IMG/VR virus record: IMGVR_UViG_3300033475_001142
Span: 1 to 42,053 of that record
From: a virus
Lineage: Duplodnaviria; Caudoviricetes
DNA length: 42,053 bases
Direction: 5' to 3' (one strand)
In this document: positions 1-8,507 of the stretch, piece by piece
Layout of the letters: each line of letters starts with the position of its first letter
Position numbering within the stretch: the first letter of the stretch is position 1
Notes under the pieces: generated by a model
The model's input: the letters and a program-made list of their open reading frames with translations, nothing else
The model's database searches: none
Told to the model about the DNA's origin: nothing
Made by a program: the position numbers and the translations under genes

Positions 1-102
1 CCATGACGACGCCGCTGTTCTACAACCCGCCGGTGTTCGGCCAGGCCTACACCGCCACCAACAACTCGCTGACGGCCAGCTTCGACCTGCTGTCGCTCGA
101 CA
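1..102. repeat. Exact 102-bp terminal overlap (copy 1; copy 2 at 41952-42053), indicating a circular assembly
   Basis: ccatgacgac...tgtcgctcgaca is identical at both ends, and the reading frame is continuous across the join. Confidence 0.95.
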
Positions 103-341
103 ACACCAGCGGCAACGGGACGACGACGTTGGGCTTGGAATACTCGGGCATCGCCCACCTGACCGGCTTCGATGCCACGCCGGGGCAGCTCGTCTACACC
201 ATCAACCAGTTCGGCCAACTGATCGGCAGCTTCAGCGCCTCGACCATCGCCAACCCGGTGGCCGAGCCGGTCTCGCTCGCGATCCTGGGCACCGGGCTGC
301 TCGGCCTGGGCCTGGTGCGCAACCGCCGGCGTGATGTCTGA
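3..341 (+). CDS. C-terminal part of PEP-CTERM-type surface protein 2 (N-terminus starts at 41750; 180 aa when joined)
   Basis: Ends in VAEPVSLAILGTGLLGLGLVRNRRR (xEP motif, TM helix, basic tail); paralogous to 37796-38332. Confidence 0.85.
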   Translation: MTTPLFYNPPVFGQAYTATNNSLTASFDLLSLDNTSGNGTTTLGLEYSGIAHLTGFDATPGQLVYTINQFGQLIGSFSASTIANPVAEPVSLAILGTGLLGLGLVRNRRRDV

Positions 342-534
342 CACCCCGCCGCTCGACCGGTTGGCGGGCTGCGAGATGACGCTGACCCAGGACGGGACGC
401 TGAAAGTCACGCTCTACATGACGGATCTGGAGGAGGCCCGCGCCTGGGCCTCCTACCTGCTCGCCTGGCGGAAGTTCCGAACCAAGCCTGACGAGCCGCT
501 CGGCGGCCTCCTGCAGGTGCGGAATGCCCGCTAA
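331..534 (+). CDS. Hypothetical protein
   Basis: ORF overlapping both neighbours in a coupled + strand run. Confidence 0.6.
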   Translation: MMSDTPPLDRLAGCEMTLTQDGTLKVTLYMTDLEEARAWASYLLAWRKFRTKPDEPLGGLLQVRNAR

Positions 535-754
535 GCTGTCTTACCCGGTGTATCGGCGCTGGCTGAGCGGCGCCACGCCGTTGGAGGTGGAGGTGCTGCA
601 CGAGACCGGCTCGCAGGCGCTGGTGCGGGTCTGGCGCGAGCCTGGGGCGCCGAAGCAGGAGAGGATCGCGTGGTGGGTGGCGGTCAGCGCGCTCCAGGAC
701 GAGCCGCTGAAGATGCGGCGGCGGCCCAAGCGGTGCCTCCAGGTACAGCGGTGA
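524..754 (+). CDS. Hypothetical protein
   Basis: Overlaps the upstream stop; GTGA overlap with the next gene. Confidence 0.55.
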   Translation: MPAKLSYPVYRRWLSGATPLEVEVLHETGSQALVRVWREPGAPKQERIAWWVAVSALQDEPLKMRRRPKRCLQVQR

Positions 755-960
755 CCGGCGAGGATCTGGAGCGCCAGTTGGTGGCACTCGCCGGGGATCA
801 CATCAGGTCGTTCCAGGCCTACGCCGCGCGCATCGACGCCGATCCGGCGCTGATCGCACACGCGCTCTGGCTGCTCGCCGAGGCGGCCGAGAACCGGCGC
901 CAGGAGATACTGGGCCAGGGCTGCGGCGCCATGACGTACAAACCAACAAGTCACCCGTAA
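751..960 (+). CDS. Hypothetical protein (GTG start at 751)
   Basis: GTGA start/stop coupling; helical sequence (TGEDLERQLVALAG...). Confidence 0.55.
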   Translation: MTGEDLERQLVALAGDHIRSFQAYAARIDADPALIAHALWLLAEAAENRRQEILGQGCGAMTYKPTSHP

Positions 961-984
961 ACGGTCGTTTGCAGAGGTGGCCAG

Positions 985-1191
985 ATGATTTTCCGTTGCC
1001 AGAAATGCGGCGCCCGCTGGCTGGACGCTTCCGAGTGCCTGCGGTGCAGCGCCGATCAGGAGGCTACACAGCACCGCTGCATGCAATGCGGCACAGAGTT
1101 CCTGGCGCGACCTGACTGTCCGCCGATCTGCCCGGATTGCTACCTCGTCCGCACCCAGTTGCTTACCACGCCATATGCAGCGCTGCCTTAA
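985..1191 (+). CDS. Small double zinc-ribbon protein
   Basis: Four CxxC motifs; GAGG RBS upstream. Confidence 0.65.
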   Translation: MIFRCQKCGARWLDASECLRCSADQEATQHRCMQCGTEFLARPDCPPICPDCYLVRTQLLTTPYAALP

Positions 1192-1309
1192 TCGGCCGCC
1201 ATAATCGCCAAAGCCCGCGCCTGGATCGCCTCCGGGGTGCGGGCCAGGGCCGGCCCGGTGTTGCACCGCCGGCCGGCCCGCTCACCGCCGCTTAACCCCA
1301 CGCACGGTC

Positions 1310-1347
1310 CCGTCAGCGGGTCCGTCAAACTCCGTCAAATCCCGTCA
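1310..1347 (+). repeat. Four phased CCGTCA repeats abutting the terL start codon
   Basis: CCGTCA at 1310, 1322, 1332 and 1342. Confidence 0.7.
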
Positions 1348-2690
1348 TGTCCGAAACACAACCGGCCGCCAGGCGGCGGATTGCGCTGCCATTCGCGCCG
1401 CGGCCCTGGCAACTGGAAATGATGGAAGACCCGGCGCCGCGCATCGTGGCCGTGGTCCATCGTCGGGCCGGCAAGTCCACGGCGCTGATGTGGATGGGCC
1501 TGAAGCGGGCGCTGCTCGAGCGAAAGCCCAACCCTCGCGTGGTGCATATCCTGCCCTACGGCGTGATGTGGCACCGCACCGGGCTGTGGGACCAGCTAGC
1601 GGCGGCGGCTGACGCCATTCCGGGCGCCGTGGTCCGGCGATCCGAACTGTCGGTCAGACTGCCCAACGGAGGCGTGTTCCAGGCCGGCGGCGCGGATAAC
1701 GTCGATTCGTGGCGCGGTGGCGGCGCCGACCTGGTGGTGGTCGATGAGTATGACGACACACCGCCCAGCCTGGTCCCGCTGGTGATTGAGCCGATGCTCG
1801 CCGACCGCAACGGGACGCTGGTACGCTCGGGGACGCCGAAAGGGCGCGGCGTGCTGCAGGCAGCCTACGACCGGGCCAAGACGACGCCCGGATACAGCAG
1901 CTACCTGCTGGATTATCGCAAGACCGGCGTGCTGTCCGACGAGGCGATAGACCGCCTCAGAACGGAAATGAGCGACGAGGAGTTCGCCCAGGAACTCGAG
2001 GTCTCCTTCGAGTCACCGAATAGCGGATCGTATTACGGCAAGCTGATGCAGGCGGCCGAGGCCGAGGGACGCATCACCGCGGTGCCGTACGATCCGGACC
2101 TGCCGGTGTGGACCGCTTGGGATCTCGGTGTCGCCGACAGCACCGCCATCTGGTTCGCGCAGGTGACCTGGAGCGGGCAGTGGCGGCTGATCGACTACAT
2201 CGAGGACAGCGGCGCTGGGCTGACGCACTACACCGACCAGATACGTGCCAAGCCTTACCGTGACTACGCGATGCACCTGCTGCCGCACGACGCCGCGGTG
2301 AAGGAGTTGGGCAGCGGCATGAGCCGGACGGAGGTGCTGACGAGCCTTGGGCTGCAGCCGTGGCGCATCGTGCGTCAGCACAGCGTCGCAGACGGGATCA
2401 ACGCGGTGCGGATGGTGTTGCCCAGGGCGTGGTTCGATGCGGAGCGATGCGCCAAGGGCATCAACGCGCTGCGGCATTACCGGCGCGAGTGGAACGAGGC
2501 CGGGCAGACATGGCGCAGCAGTCCGGTGCATGATCACGCTAGCCACGGTGCGGACGCCGCGCGCTATCTGTGCCTTGGTGTGCGTGAGATGCAGCCGCCG
2601 CGGGCGGTGGAGGACACGGGCGATAGTTGGGAAAAGGCATGGCGCAGCCAGGCGCAGCGGGAGCGCGCAGCGGCATGGCGCGTGGCATAA
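1347..2690 (+). CDS. terL: Terminase large subunit
   Basis: Walker A-like HRRAGKS, Walker B VVVDE, coupling motif GTPKG, RNase H-like nuclease WDLG...D and SHGADAARY. Confidence 0.95.
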   Translation: MSETQPAARRRIALPFAPRPWQLEMMEDPAPRIVAVVHRRAGKSTALMWMGLKRALLERKPNPRVVHILPYGVMWHRTGLWDQLAAAADAIPGAVVRRSELSVRLPNGGVFQAGGADNVDSWRGGGADLVVVDEYDDTPPSLVPLVIEPMLADRNGTLVRSGTPKGRGVLQAAYDRAKTTPGYSSYLLDYRKTGVLSDEAIDRLRTEMSDEEFAQELEVSFESPNSGSYYGKLMQAAEAEGRITAVPYDPDLPVWTAWDLGVADSTAIWFAQVTWSGQWRLIDYIEDSGAGLTHYTDQIRAKPYRDYAMHLLPHDAAVKELGSGMSRTEVLTSLGLQPWRIVRQHSVADGINAVRMVLPRAWFDAERCAKGINALRHYRREWNEAGQTWRSSPVHDHASHGADAARYLCLGVREMQPPRAVEDTGDSWEKAWRSQAQRERAAAWRVA

Positions 2691-2705
2691 GCAGGAGGAT
2701 CACAG

Positions 2706-3065
2706 ATGCCGTTTGATGGGTTGCCGGATGGACTGCTGTCTGACTTGGCAAAGCTGAAGGTGGCGCTGGAGGGCGTGAAGAGCCGTGGCCGCTGGTCGAA
2801 CCAGGCGATTGGCGGGCGTGAGATCGGCGGCCGACCGGAACAGGCGCATTGCGCCATTGGGTGGCTGCTGGTGGCAACGGACTGGGACCGTGAGGAGACG
2901 ACCAGGCTGGCACTGGCCTACGTTTATCCGGCTTTGCCTGATACGGCCCGCGATGACCGACAGCGGATTCTGTCGATATCGCAGTACAACGACCGGGGAT
3001 CGCGCAAGCGGGTGGTGCAGCTCTTCGAGGACGCTATGCAGTTGGCGGAGCAGCGGGTTGTGTGA
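2706..3065 (+). CDS. Hypothetical protein
   Basis: AGGAGG RBS; coupled to the next gene. Confidence 0.7.
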   Translation: MPFDGLPDGLLSDLAKLKVALEGVKSRGRWSNQAIGGREIGGRPEQAHCAIGWLLVATDWDREETTRLALAYVYPALPDTARDDRQRILSISQYNDRGSRKRVVQLFEDAMQLAEQRVV

Positions 3066-3772
3066 ATGCCTATGAAGACCAGCTAATCCGGCGGCTGGAT
3101 CTTCGCCGGCAGTTTGACCGATTGGATGCGCGCCAGCGCCGCATCCTCTGCGCGCGATTCAAGCACGATGACACGCTGCGGGACGTTGGTGCGGGAGAGG
3201 GCATCAGCGCTGCTCGGGTTAACCAAATCCTCCTCGACGGCCTGCGGCGAGTTAGACACCGCCTTACGCAGGAGCCGAAACCGCAGAAGCAGCACGATCT
3301 GCGGGCGACGCCGCCACATGAATGGTTCGATAAGGCGGCATTCCTGCGCCATATGGAGCGGCTGCAGCGGCTCAAGCGCGAAGCGGGCGAGCGGGCATAC
3401 GAGAACGAACGGGCCGCTCTCGACCGGCTCATGAGGCGGGAAGAGGAGGCGGGTTATTTTGATCCACCGCCGCCACCCAAGCCACCGCCGCAGAGGCTGC
3501 CGACATGGTTTGAGGTGCAACTGCGCCGCTACCACGAAACGCCGGAGACGGTGAAGCAGAGCGCCGGTGATGCGTACGACCGATGGGTGGCGCGCAGCCT
3601 GGTCTACAAAGGGATGCAGATGGCGCTGGTTGTGATGCCGAGGGCCTGCACGCTCTATGACGGCTCGCACATCGTCCAGATCGAGCCTGACAGGCCGATA
3701 TGGCTGCCGGCGACCCTGGTGTCGCAGATGCTGCCCAACGCCGCGGTCCTGGCGCACGCCAGCCCAGCATAG
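3062..3772 (+). CDS. Sigma-70 region-4-like HTH protein with unknown C-terminus
   Basis: LDARQRRILCARF...TLRDVGAGEGISAARVNQI resembles the sigma region 4 HTH. Confidence 0.7.
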   Translation: MNAYEDQLIRRLDLRRQFDRLDARQRRILCARFKHDDTLRDVGAGEGISAARVNQILLDGLRRVRHRLTQEPKPQKQHDLRATPPHEWFDKAAFLRHMERLQRLKREAGERAYENERAALDRLMRREEEAGYFDPPPPPKPPPQRLPTWFEVQLRRYHETPETVKQSAGDAYDRWVARSLVYKGMQMALVVMPRACTLYDGSHIVQIEPDRPIWLPATLVSQMLPNAAVLAHASPA

Positions 3773-3794
3773 ACAGCGACTGGATCACACAACA

Positions 3795-3953
3795 ATGCCA
3801 TCATCCAGCAAGGCTCAGAAACGCACTATGCAGGCTGCGGCCCATAGCCCTGCGTTTGCGAAGAAGGTCGGCATTCCAGTGTCGGTGGCGAAAGACTTTG
3901 TGGCAGCCGACAAAAAGCGCGGCACCAGGAAGCTGCCTGAGCGGAAGAAGTGA
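3795..3953 (+). CDS. Small basic phage protein (52 aa)
   Basis: MPSSSKAQKRTMQAAAHSPAFAKKVGIP...; this type of protein is often seen near head genes. Confidence 0.7.
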   Translation: MPSSSKAQKRTMQAAAHSPAFAKKVGIPVSVAKDFVAADKKRGTRKLPERKK

Positions 3954-4723
3954 GCGGCTCGCGCAACGCCCTGCTCGGTGACTGGTTTCAGCCACCGGAC
4001 GACCCGCAGGCCAACGTGCTGCTGCGTCAGACGCCGCTGGCGCCGCGGCCATCCTACGCCAGCGCCGCAGATCAGGCGTGGGCGGCGATCCAGGCCAAGC
4101 TGGATGAGCAGCAGCGCATATCGCAGGAGCGCGGGCTGTGGACCGGCGGCCAGGTGTGGGAGGGTGGTCATCCGACGACTAAGGGCGCAGTGGACGCGAC
4201 GCGGCAGGTTGGTGATGCTCTGCTCATGGGCACAACGACACCAGGATTGCGGGCATTCCACGGGAGCCTCGAGGACTTCAGCACGCTGGATCGCTCGAAG
4301 GTTGGCTCGGGTGCCATGAGCGATCGATGGACCGCAGATGCGAAACACGCGGACGAATACTACCTGACCACCAACCCGGAACATGCCGAGCATTATGGGC
4401 CGGTCGTCCATGAGTTTGAGATCGGTAAGCCGCTTTATCAGAAGGACGCCAAGGCCGATTTAGAGGCGTGGGCCAAGTCTGAGGGATATGACAGCGCGCA
4501 GAAGCACCTCGATGAATACTACGATGGCAACATCTACTCGGCGCTGGATATGGATAATTACCTGAAGGATGCGCTGAGCGAGGCTAAGGCGGCAGGCTTC
4601 CCTGGCGTGCATGTATCGCTGGGCGACCTGAAGAACCCGCGCCGCAAAGCTTTTGGCGACTTCATCGTGTTGCACGATCCGTCTGTTGCAACGCGCGTGG
4701 CTGCGCGCCAACGCAAGGACTGA
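3950..4723 (+). CDS. Protein with a C-terminal ADP-ribosyltransferase-like (ART-PolyVal-like) domain
   Basis: FHGS..DF..LD.SKVGSG...YYLTTNPEHAEHY pattern. Confidence 0.55.
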   Translation: MSGSRNALLGDWFQPPDDPQANVLLRQTPLAPRPSYASAADQAWAAIQAKLDEQQRISQERGLWTGGQVWEGGHPTTKGAVDATRQVGDALLMGTTTPGLRAFHGSLEDFSTLDRSKVGSGAMSDRWTADAKHADEYYLTTNPEHAEHYGPVVHEFEIGKPLYQKDAKADLEAWAKSEGYDSAQKHLDEYYDGNIYSALDMDNYLKDALSEAKAAGFPGVHVSLGDLKNPRRKAFGDFIVLHDPSVATRVAARQRKD

Positions 4724-4845
4724 CCAGACCTTCCGGGCCGGGACGGACCCACTCTGCCACGGGGAGTGGCGCCGTTGGCAGGCGTGTGGTCACCGAGCGC
4801 TCCGGTTCGCCGGTTCGGTGACGGAAACCCACAGCGATTGATCCG

Positions 4846-5214
4846 ATGAGCGGCAGCACGATCAACCCATTGTTCGGCATGGCGATGCAGAGCGGCGCCG
4901 GCTCGCTGTTCGACCGTCCTGGCCCGACCGCATCAGGCCTCGTGGTGCCGGGCAACATCAACACCCACCGCAGGCCCGTGGTGCGCAACGCCGATGGCAG
5001 CATCTCCACAGTGCGCAGCATGAACTTCGAGGACGAGCACGGGCGCCAGGTGCTGGTGCCGACCGTCATCGAAGGTCGCGGCGTCGTGCCGCCGGACGAA
5101 GCGATCAAATACTACTACGCAACAGGTCAGCATCTCGGCATCTTTGATACGCCGGAGAGCGCGGAAGCCTATGCGCAGTCGCTGCATGAAAGTCAGGCGA
5201 CGGAATACCGATGA
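4846..5214 (+). CDS. Conserved phage protein, function unknown
   Basis: GNIN..RPVV.NADGSISTVRS...VLVPTV...TGQHLGIFDTPE.A..YA..LH; ATGA overlap with portal. Confidence 0.7.
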   Translation: MSGSTINPLFGMAMQSGAGSLFDRPGPTASGLVVPGNINTHRRPVVRNADGSISTVRSMNFEDEHGRQVLVPTVIEGRGVVPPDEAIKYYYATGQHLGIFDTPESAEAYAQSLHESQATEYR

Positions 5215-7391
5215 GCGAAGCACTCGCAGTACCGCAGGAGCGCTACGGGGCGCACCGCCTGACAGGCCACATCGGCCCGGGCAGCACCGATCCGGCAGCG
5301 GCCGTCGATGTCTATCCCGGCGACCTCGGCAAACTGCACAGCGAACTGAAACAGTGGTTCGAGGACAGCGAGCAGGCATCGCGCCACGAGCGCGAGTTCG
5401 CCGAGCAGTCGCGCAATTACTACGACGGCTACCAGTGGACCACCGAGGAACAGAAAGCCCTGCGCGAGCGTGGCCAGCCGGAAATCACCATCAACAAGAT
5501 CCACGACAAGGTGGCGATGCTGTGCGGCCTCGAGCGGCGCGCCCGCACCGACCCGAAAGCCTTCCCGCGCACGCCATCGGAAGAGGACCGCGCCGACGCC
5601 GCCACCCAGGCGCTGCGCTACATCGCCGACGACAACAACTATCCGCTGGCACGCTCGGCGGTGTTCGAGGAGATGCTGGTCGAGGGTTACGGCGGCGTGG
5701 AGCTGACGCTGGAGGACGACGGCCAGGGCGGCACCTCCATCGTCATCACCCACGTGCCGTGGGACCGGCTGTGGTACGACCCGCACAGCCGACGCCCGGA
5801 CTTCAGTGACGCGCGCTATCTCGGCGCCGTGGTGTGGATGGACCGCGACGCGGTGGAGGAACTGTATCCCGGTGCGGCGGACGTGATCGACGCGTCGTTT
5901 CAGTCAGGTTCCGGCATCGACAGCTACAGCGACCGGCCCGACAACGTGGTGTGGAGCGACAACCGCCGCAGCCGCGTGCGTGTCGTGCAATGCCACTGGG
6001 TGCGCAGCGGCACATGGTGGCAGGCAACCTACACCAAGGGCGGGCTGCTCACCGATCCGGTGGCCTCGCCGTTCAAGGACCGCCACGGCAAGTCAGCCTG
6101 CGGCATCCTGCTGCAGTCGGCCTATATCGACCGCGAGAACCGCCGCTACGGCATGGTGAGGAATTTGATTTCGCTGCAGGACGAAATCAACAAGCGGCGG
6201 TCCAAGGCGCTGCATCTGCTCAGCGTGCATCAGACGATTGCCGAGAAGGGCGCCGTCAAGGACGTGGACGCGGCGCGGCAGGAACTCGCGCGGCCGGACG
6301 GCTATGTCGAGGTCAACGCCGGCATGCGGTTTGAGGTGATGCCGGGCGGCGAGATGGCGCTCGGACAGTTTCAGTTGTTACAACACGCCACGGCCGAAAT
6401 GCAGTTGTCCGGGCCGAATGCGGCGATGTCGGGCACCGAAAGCCGCGAGCTGAGCGGCCGCGCGATCCTGGCGCAGCAGGCGGGCGGGGCCACGCAGAAT
6501 GAGCCGCTGGCCGACAGCCTGCGCTGGTGGTCGCGGCGCGTCTACGAGATGGCGTGGATGGCGGTCCGGGAATACTGGACCGGGCCGAAATGGCTGCGCG
6601 TGACTGACGATCTGGGCGAATTGCGCTGGGTCGGCCTCAACCGCCCGGTGACGGTGGGTGAGCAGATGGCAGCGCAGATCGCCAAGCTCGACCCGCAGCA
6701 ACAGCAGATGGCGATGCAGCAACTGCAGCAGGCGGCCGCCAACCCGCAGACGGCGATGCAGTTGCAGCAGGTCGTCAATATCGAGAACGACATCGCCGGC
6801 CTCGATGTCGATATCACCATCAGCGAGGGCGTCGATGTGCCCGCGATGGCGGCGGAGAACTTCCAGACGCTGGTGCAGCTCGCCGGGATGCAGCCGGGAC
6901 TGATCCCGCCCGAGGTGCTGATCGCCGCGAGCAGTCTGCGCGACAAGGACCAGTTGCTGGCGATGATGAAGCAGCACGCCGAGGCCAAGGCGGCGCAGCA
7001 GCAGAAGATGGCGCCGCTGATTGAGCGCAACGCGGTGGCCGAGGTGTCGCAGAAGGAGGCCAAGGCACAGGCGGACTTCGCGCTGGCCAAGGAGCGCGGC
7101 ATCAACTCGGTCAAGAACCTGCACTCGATGCATTCCGACTTCAGCGCGCCACCGGCCGGCCAGCCGTGGGTGGCGCCCGATGCGCCGTCCGCACCCGGCA
7201 CCGCGGGCGGCGTGCCGCCGCTGACGCCGATGGATCTCGCGCACCAGATGGCCGACCTGCACACCAAGCGCGCCGACCTCGACGCCAAGCAGGCCAAGGC
7301 GGCATCTGACCGCGCCTCCGTCGTGCAGAAGCTGGCGCAGGCGCAGGCCACGCTCAACCCGCCACAGCCAAGGCCCACACAGCAACGGTAA
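5211..7391 (+). CDS. P22-like portal protein
   Basis: 726 aa; YYDGYQW, ITINKI, DEINKRRSK and SGRAI motifs; Q-rich C-terminus; lies after terL. Confidence 0.92.
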   Translation: MSEALAVPQERYGAHRLTGHIGPGSTDPAAAVDVYPGDLGKLHSELKQWFEDSEQASRHEREFAEQSRNYYDGYQWTTEEQKALRERGQPEITINKIHDKVAMLCGLERRARTDPKAFPRTPSEEDRADAATQALRYIADDNNYPLARSAVFEEMLVEGYGGVELTLEDDGQGGTSIVITHVPWDRLWYDPHSRRPDFSDARYLGAVVWMDRDAVEELYPGAADVIDASFQSGSGIDSYSDRPDNVVWSDNRRSRVRVVQCHWVRSGTWWQATYTKGGLLTDPVASPFKDRHGKSACGILLQSAYIDRENRRYGMVRNLISLQDEINKRRSKALHLLSVHQTIAEKGAVKDVDAARQELARPDGYVEVNAGMRFEVMPGGEMALGQFQLLQHATAEMQLSGPNAAMSGTESRELSGRAILAQQAGGATQNEPLADSLRWWSRRVYEMAWMAVREYWTGPKWLRVTDDLGELRWVGLNRPVTVGEQMAAQIAKLDPQQQQMAMQQLQQAAANPQTAMQLQQVVNIENDIAGLDVDITISEGVDVPAMAAENFQTLVQLAGMQPGLIPPEVLIAASSLRDKDQLLAMMKQHAEAKAAQQQKMAPLIERNAVAEVSQKEAKAQADFALAKERGINSVKNLHSMHSDFSAPPAGQPWVAPDAPSAPGTAGGVPPLTPMDLAHQMADLHTKRADLDAKQAKAASDRASVVQKLAQAQATLNPPQPRPTQQR

Positions 7392-7467
7392 GCGCGCGGC
7401 AGCCGAGGTCGGAGGCCTCGGCGTTCGGAAGCTACCCTAGCCGCGCCGCCAAACTCTAGGAACTAAC

Positions 7468-8316
7468 ATGGCTAACGACAAGCTCGAGGCTTTCCTGTCT
7501 GCCAACGCGCCGGACGCGCCCGCACCGCCCGCCACAGAGCCGCCAGCGGCGCCGCCACCGGAGCCGCCGCATCAGGAGCCGGACAAGCCGCAGCCCACCC
7601 AGGCGCCGCCCAAGGCGCCGGAAACCGACGAGGACGAGCCGCCACGCGATGCCCGCGACGGTGAGCCGGCGGTGCCGCGCCAGGCGCTGATCGACGAGCG
7701 CACCAAGCGGCAGGACTGGAAGGACCGGGCATCACGCGCCGAGGCGCTGGCCGAGGAGCGCCGCCAGCAGCTCGAGCAGCTGCAGAATCAGCGCGAGGCA
7801 GCAGCACGGCCACAGCCGCAGCAGGAGCCGCAGTTCCGCTTTGCAGATCCGCAGCAGGACCCGGCGCTGTATGCCGCGCAGCAGGCGCAGAATGCGGTTT
7901 ACAACACCAGCGAGCTGCTGGCGCGGCAGTTGCACGGCGACGAGGTCGTGGACAAGGCGGTGGAGGAGTTCATCGGGCTGGCGCAACGCGATCCGACGCT
8001 GTGGCACAGGATGCAGCAGCAGAGGCACCCGTTCGAATGGGTGCGCCGCGAGGTCGAGCGCCAGAAGCTGCTGCACGAGATCGAGGACCCGGAGAAATAC
8101 AAGGCGAAGCTGCGCGCCGAGTGGGAAGCCGAGCGGGCAGCACAGATGCCGCCGGCCGTAGCTACACCCGCCAACACGCCGCCACCCAACATGCCGCCGT
8201 CGCTGGCCAACGTGCGCTCCGCCGCGCCACGCACCGCACCGCAATGGTCCGGCCCGCTCAGCGATACGCAGGCCGCCAACTATTTCCGCGAGCACCGGAT
8301 GGCCAACCGCCGCTGA
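7468..8316 (+). CDS. Scaffolding protein
   Basis: Pro/acidic N-terminus, VP..AL.DER.KRQ coiled coil, PPSLA near the C-terminus; between portal and capsid. Confidence 0.8.
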   Translation: MANDKLEAFLSANAPDAPAPPATEPPAAPPPEPPHQEPDKPQPTQAPPKAPETDEDEPPRDARDGEPAVPRQALIDERTKRQDWKDRASRAEALAEERRQQLEQLQNQREAAARPQPQQEPQFRFADPQQDPALYAAQQAQNAVYNTSELLARQLHGDEVVDKAVEEFIGLAQRDPTLWHRMQQQRHPFEWVRREVERQKLLHEIEDPEKYKAKLRAEWEAERAAQMPPAVATPANTPPPNMPPSLANVRSAAPRTAPQWSGPLSDTQAANYFREHRMANRR

Positions 8317-8343
8317 CGCTCGCGTCCCACTGACCATAGCCGC

Positions 8344-8465
8344 ACCGGCCGCCGCGGTTAATCGGGCGTCTCCCCAGGCACGTGGTTCCTGCCGCCGAGG
8401 TTACGGGCGCATCGGCCGCTGACGGGCCGCTTTCCGTCGCACCTGCCGCCGAGGTCTATCGGGCG
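8344..8465 (+). promoter_or_regulatory. Three copies of a hairpin/pseudoknot element in the capsid gene leader
   Basis: stem-GCCGCCG-stem-N3-4-CGGGCG at 8344-8368, 8388-8409 and 8441-8465, with a compensatory stem change. Confidence 0.7.
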
Positions 8466-8507
8466 AAACCCAGAGGAAAGAACCCATGCCCAATAGGCAC
8501 CTGAACT

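Noticed and set aside
1-102. Biological direct terminal repeat of the virion DNA
   Set aside because: It falls mid-gene and is more simply explained as an assembler overlap of a circularly permuted genome.
4720-4850. Hammerhead ribozyme or stop-codon readthrough signal
   Set aside because: No correctly placed CUGAnGA/GAAA core, and the downstream ORF is out of frame with the upstream stop.
8344-8465. Mini CRISPR array
   Set aside because: Repeats vary internally with covariation, spacers are unequal (19 and 31 nt), and there are no cas genes.
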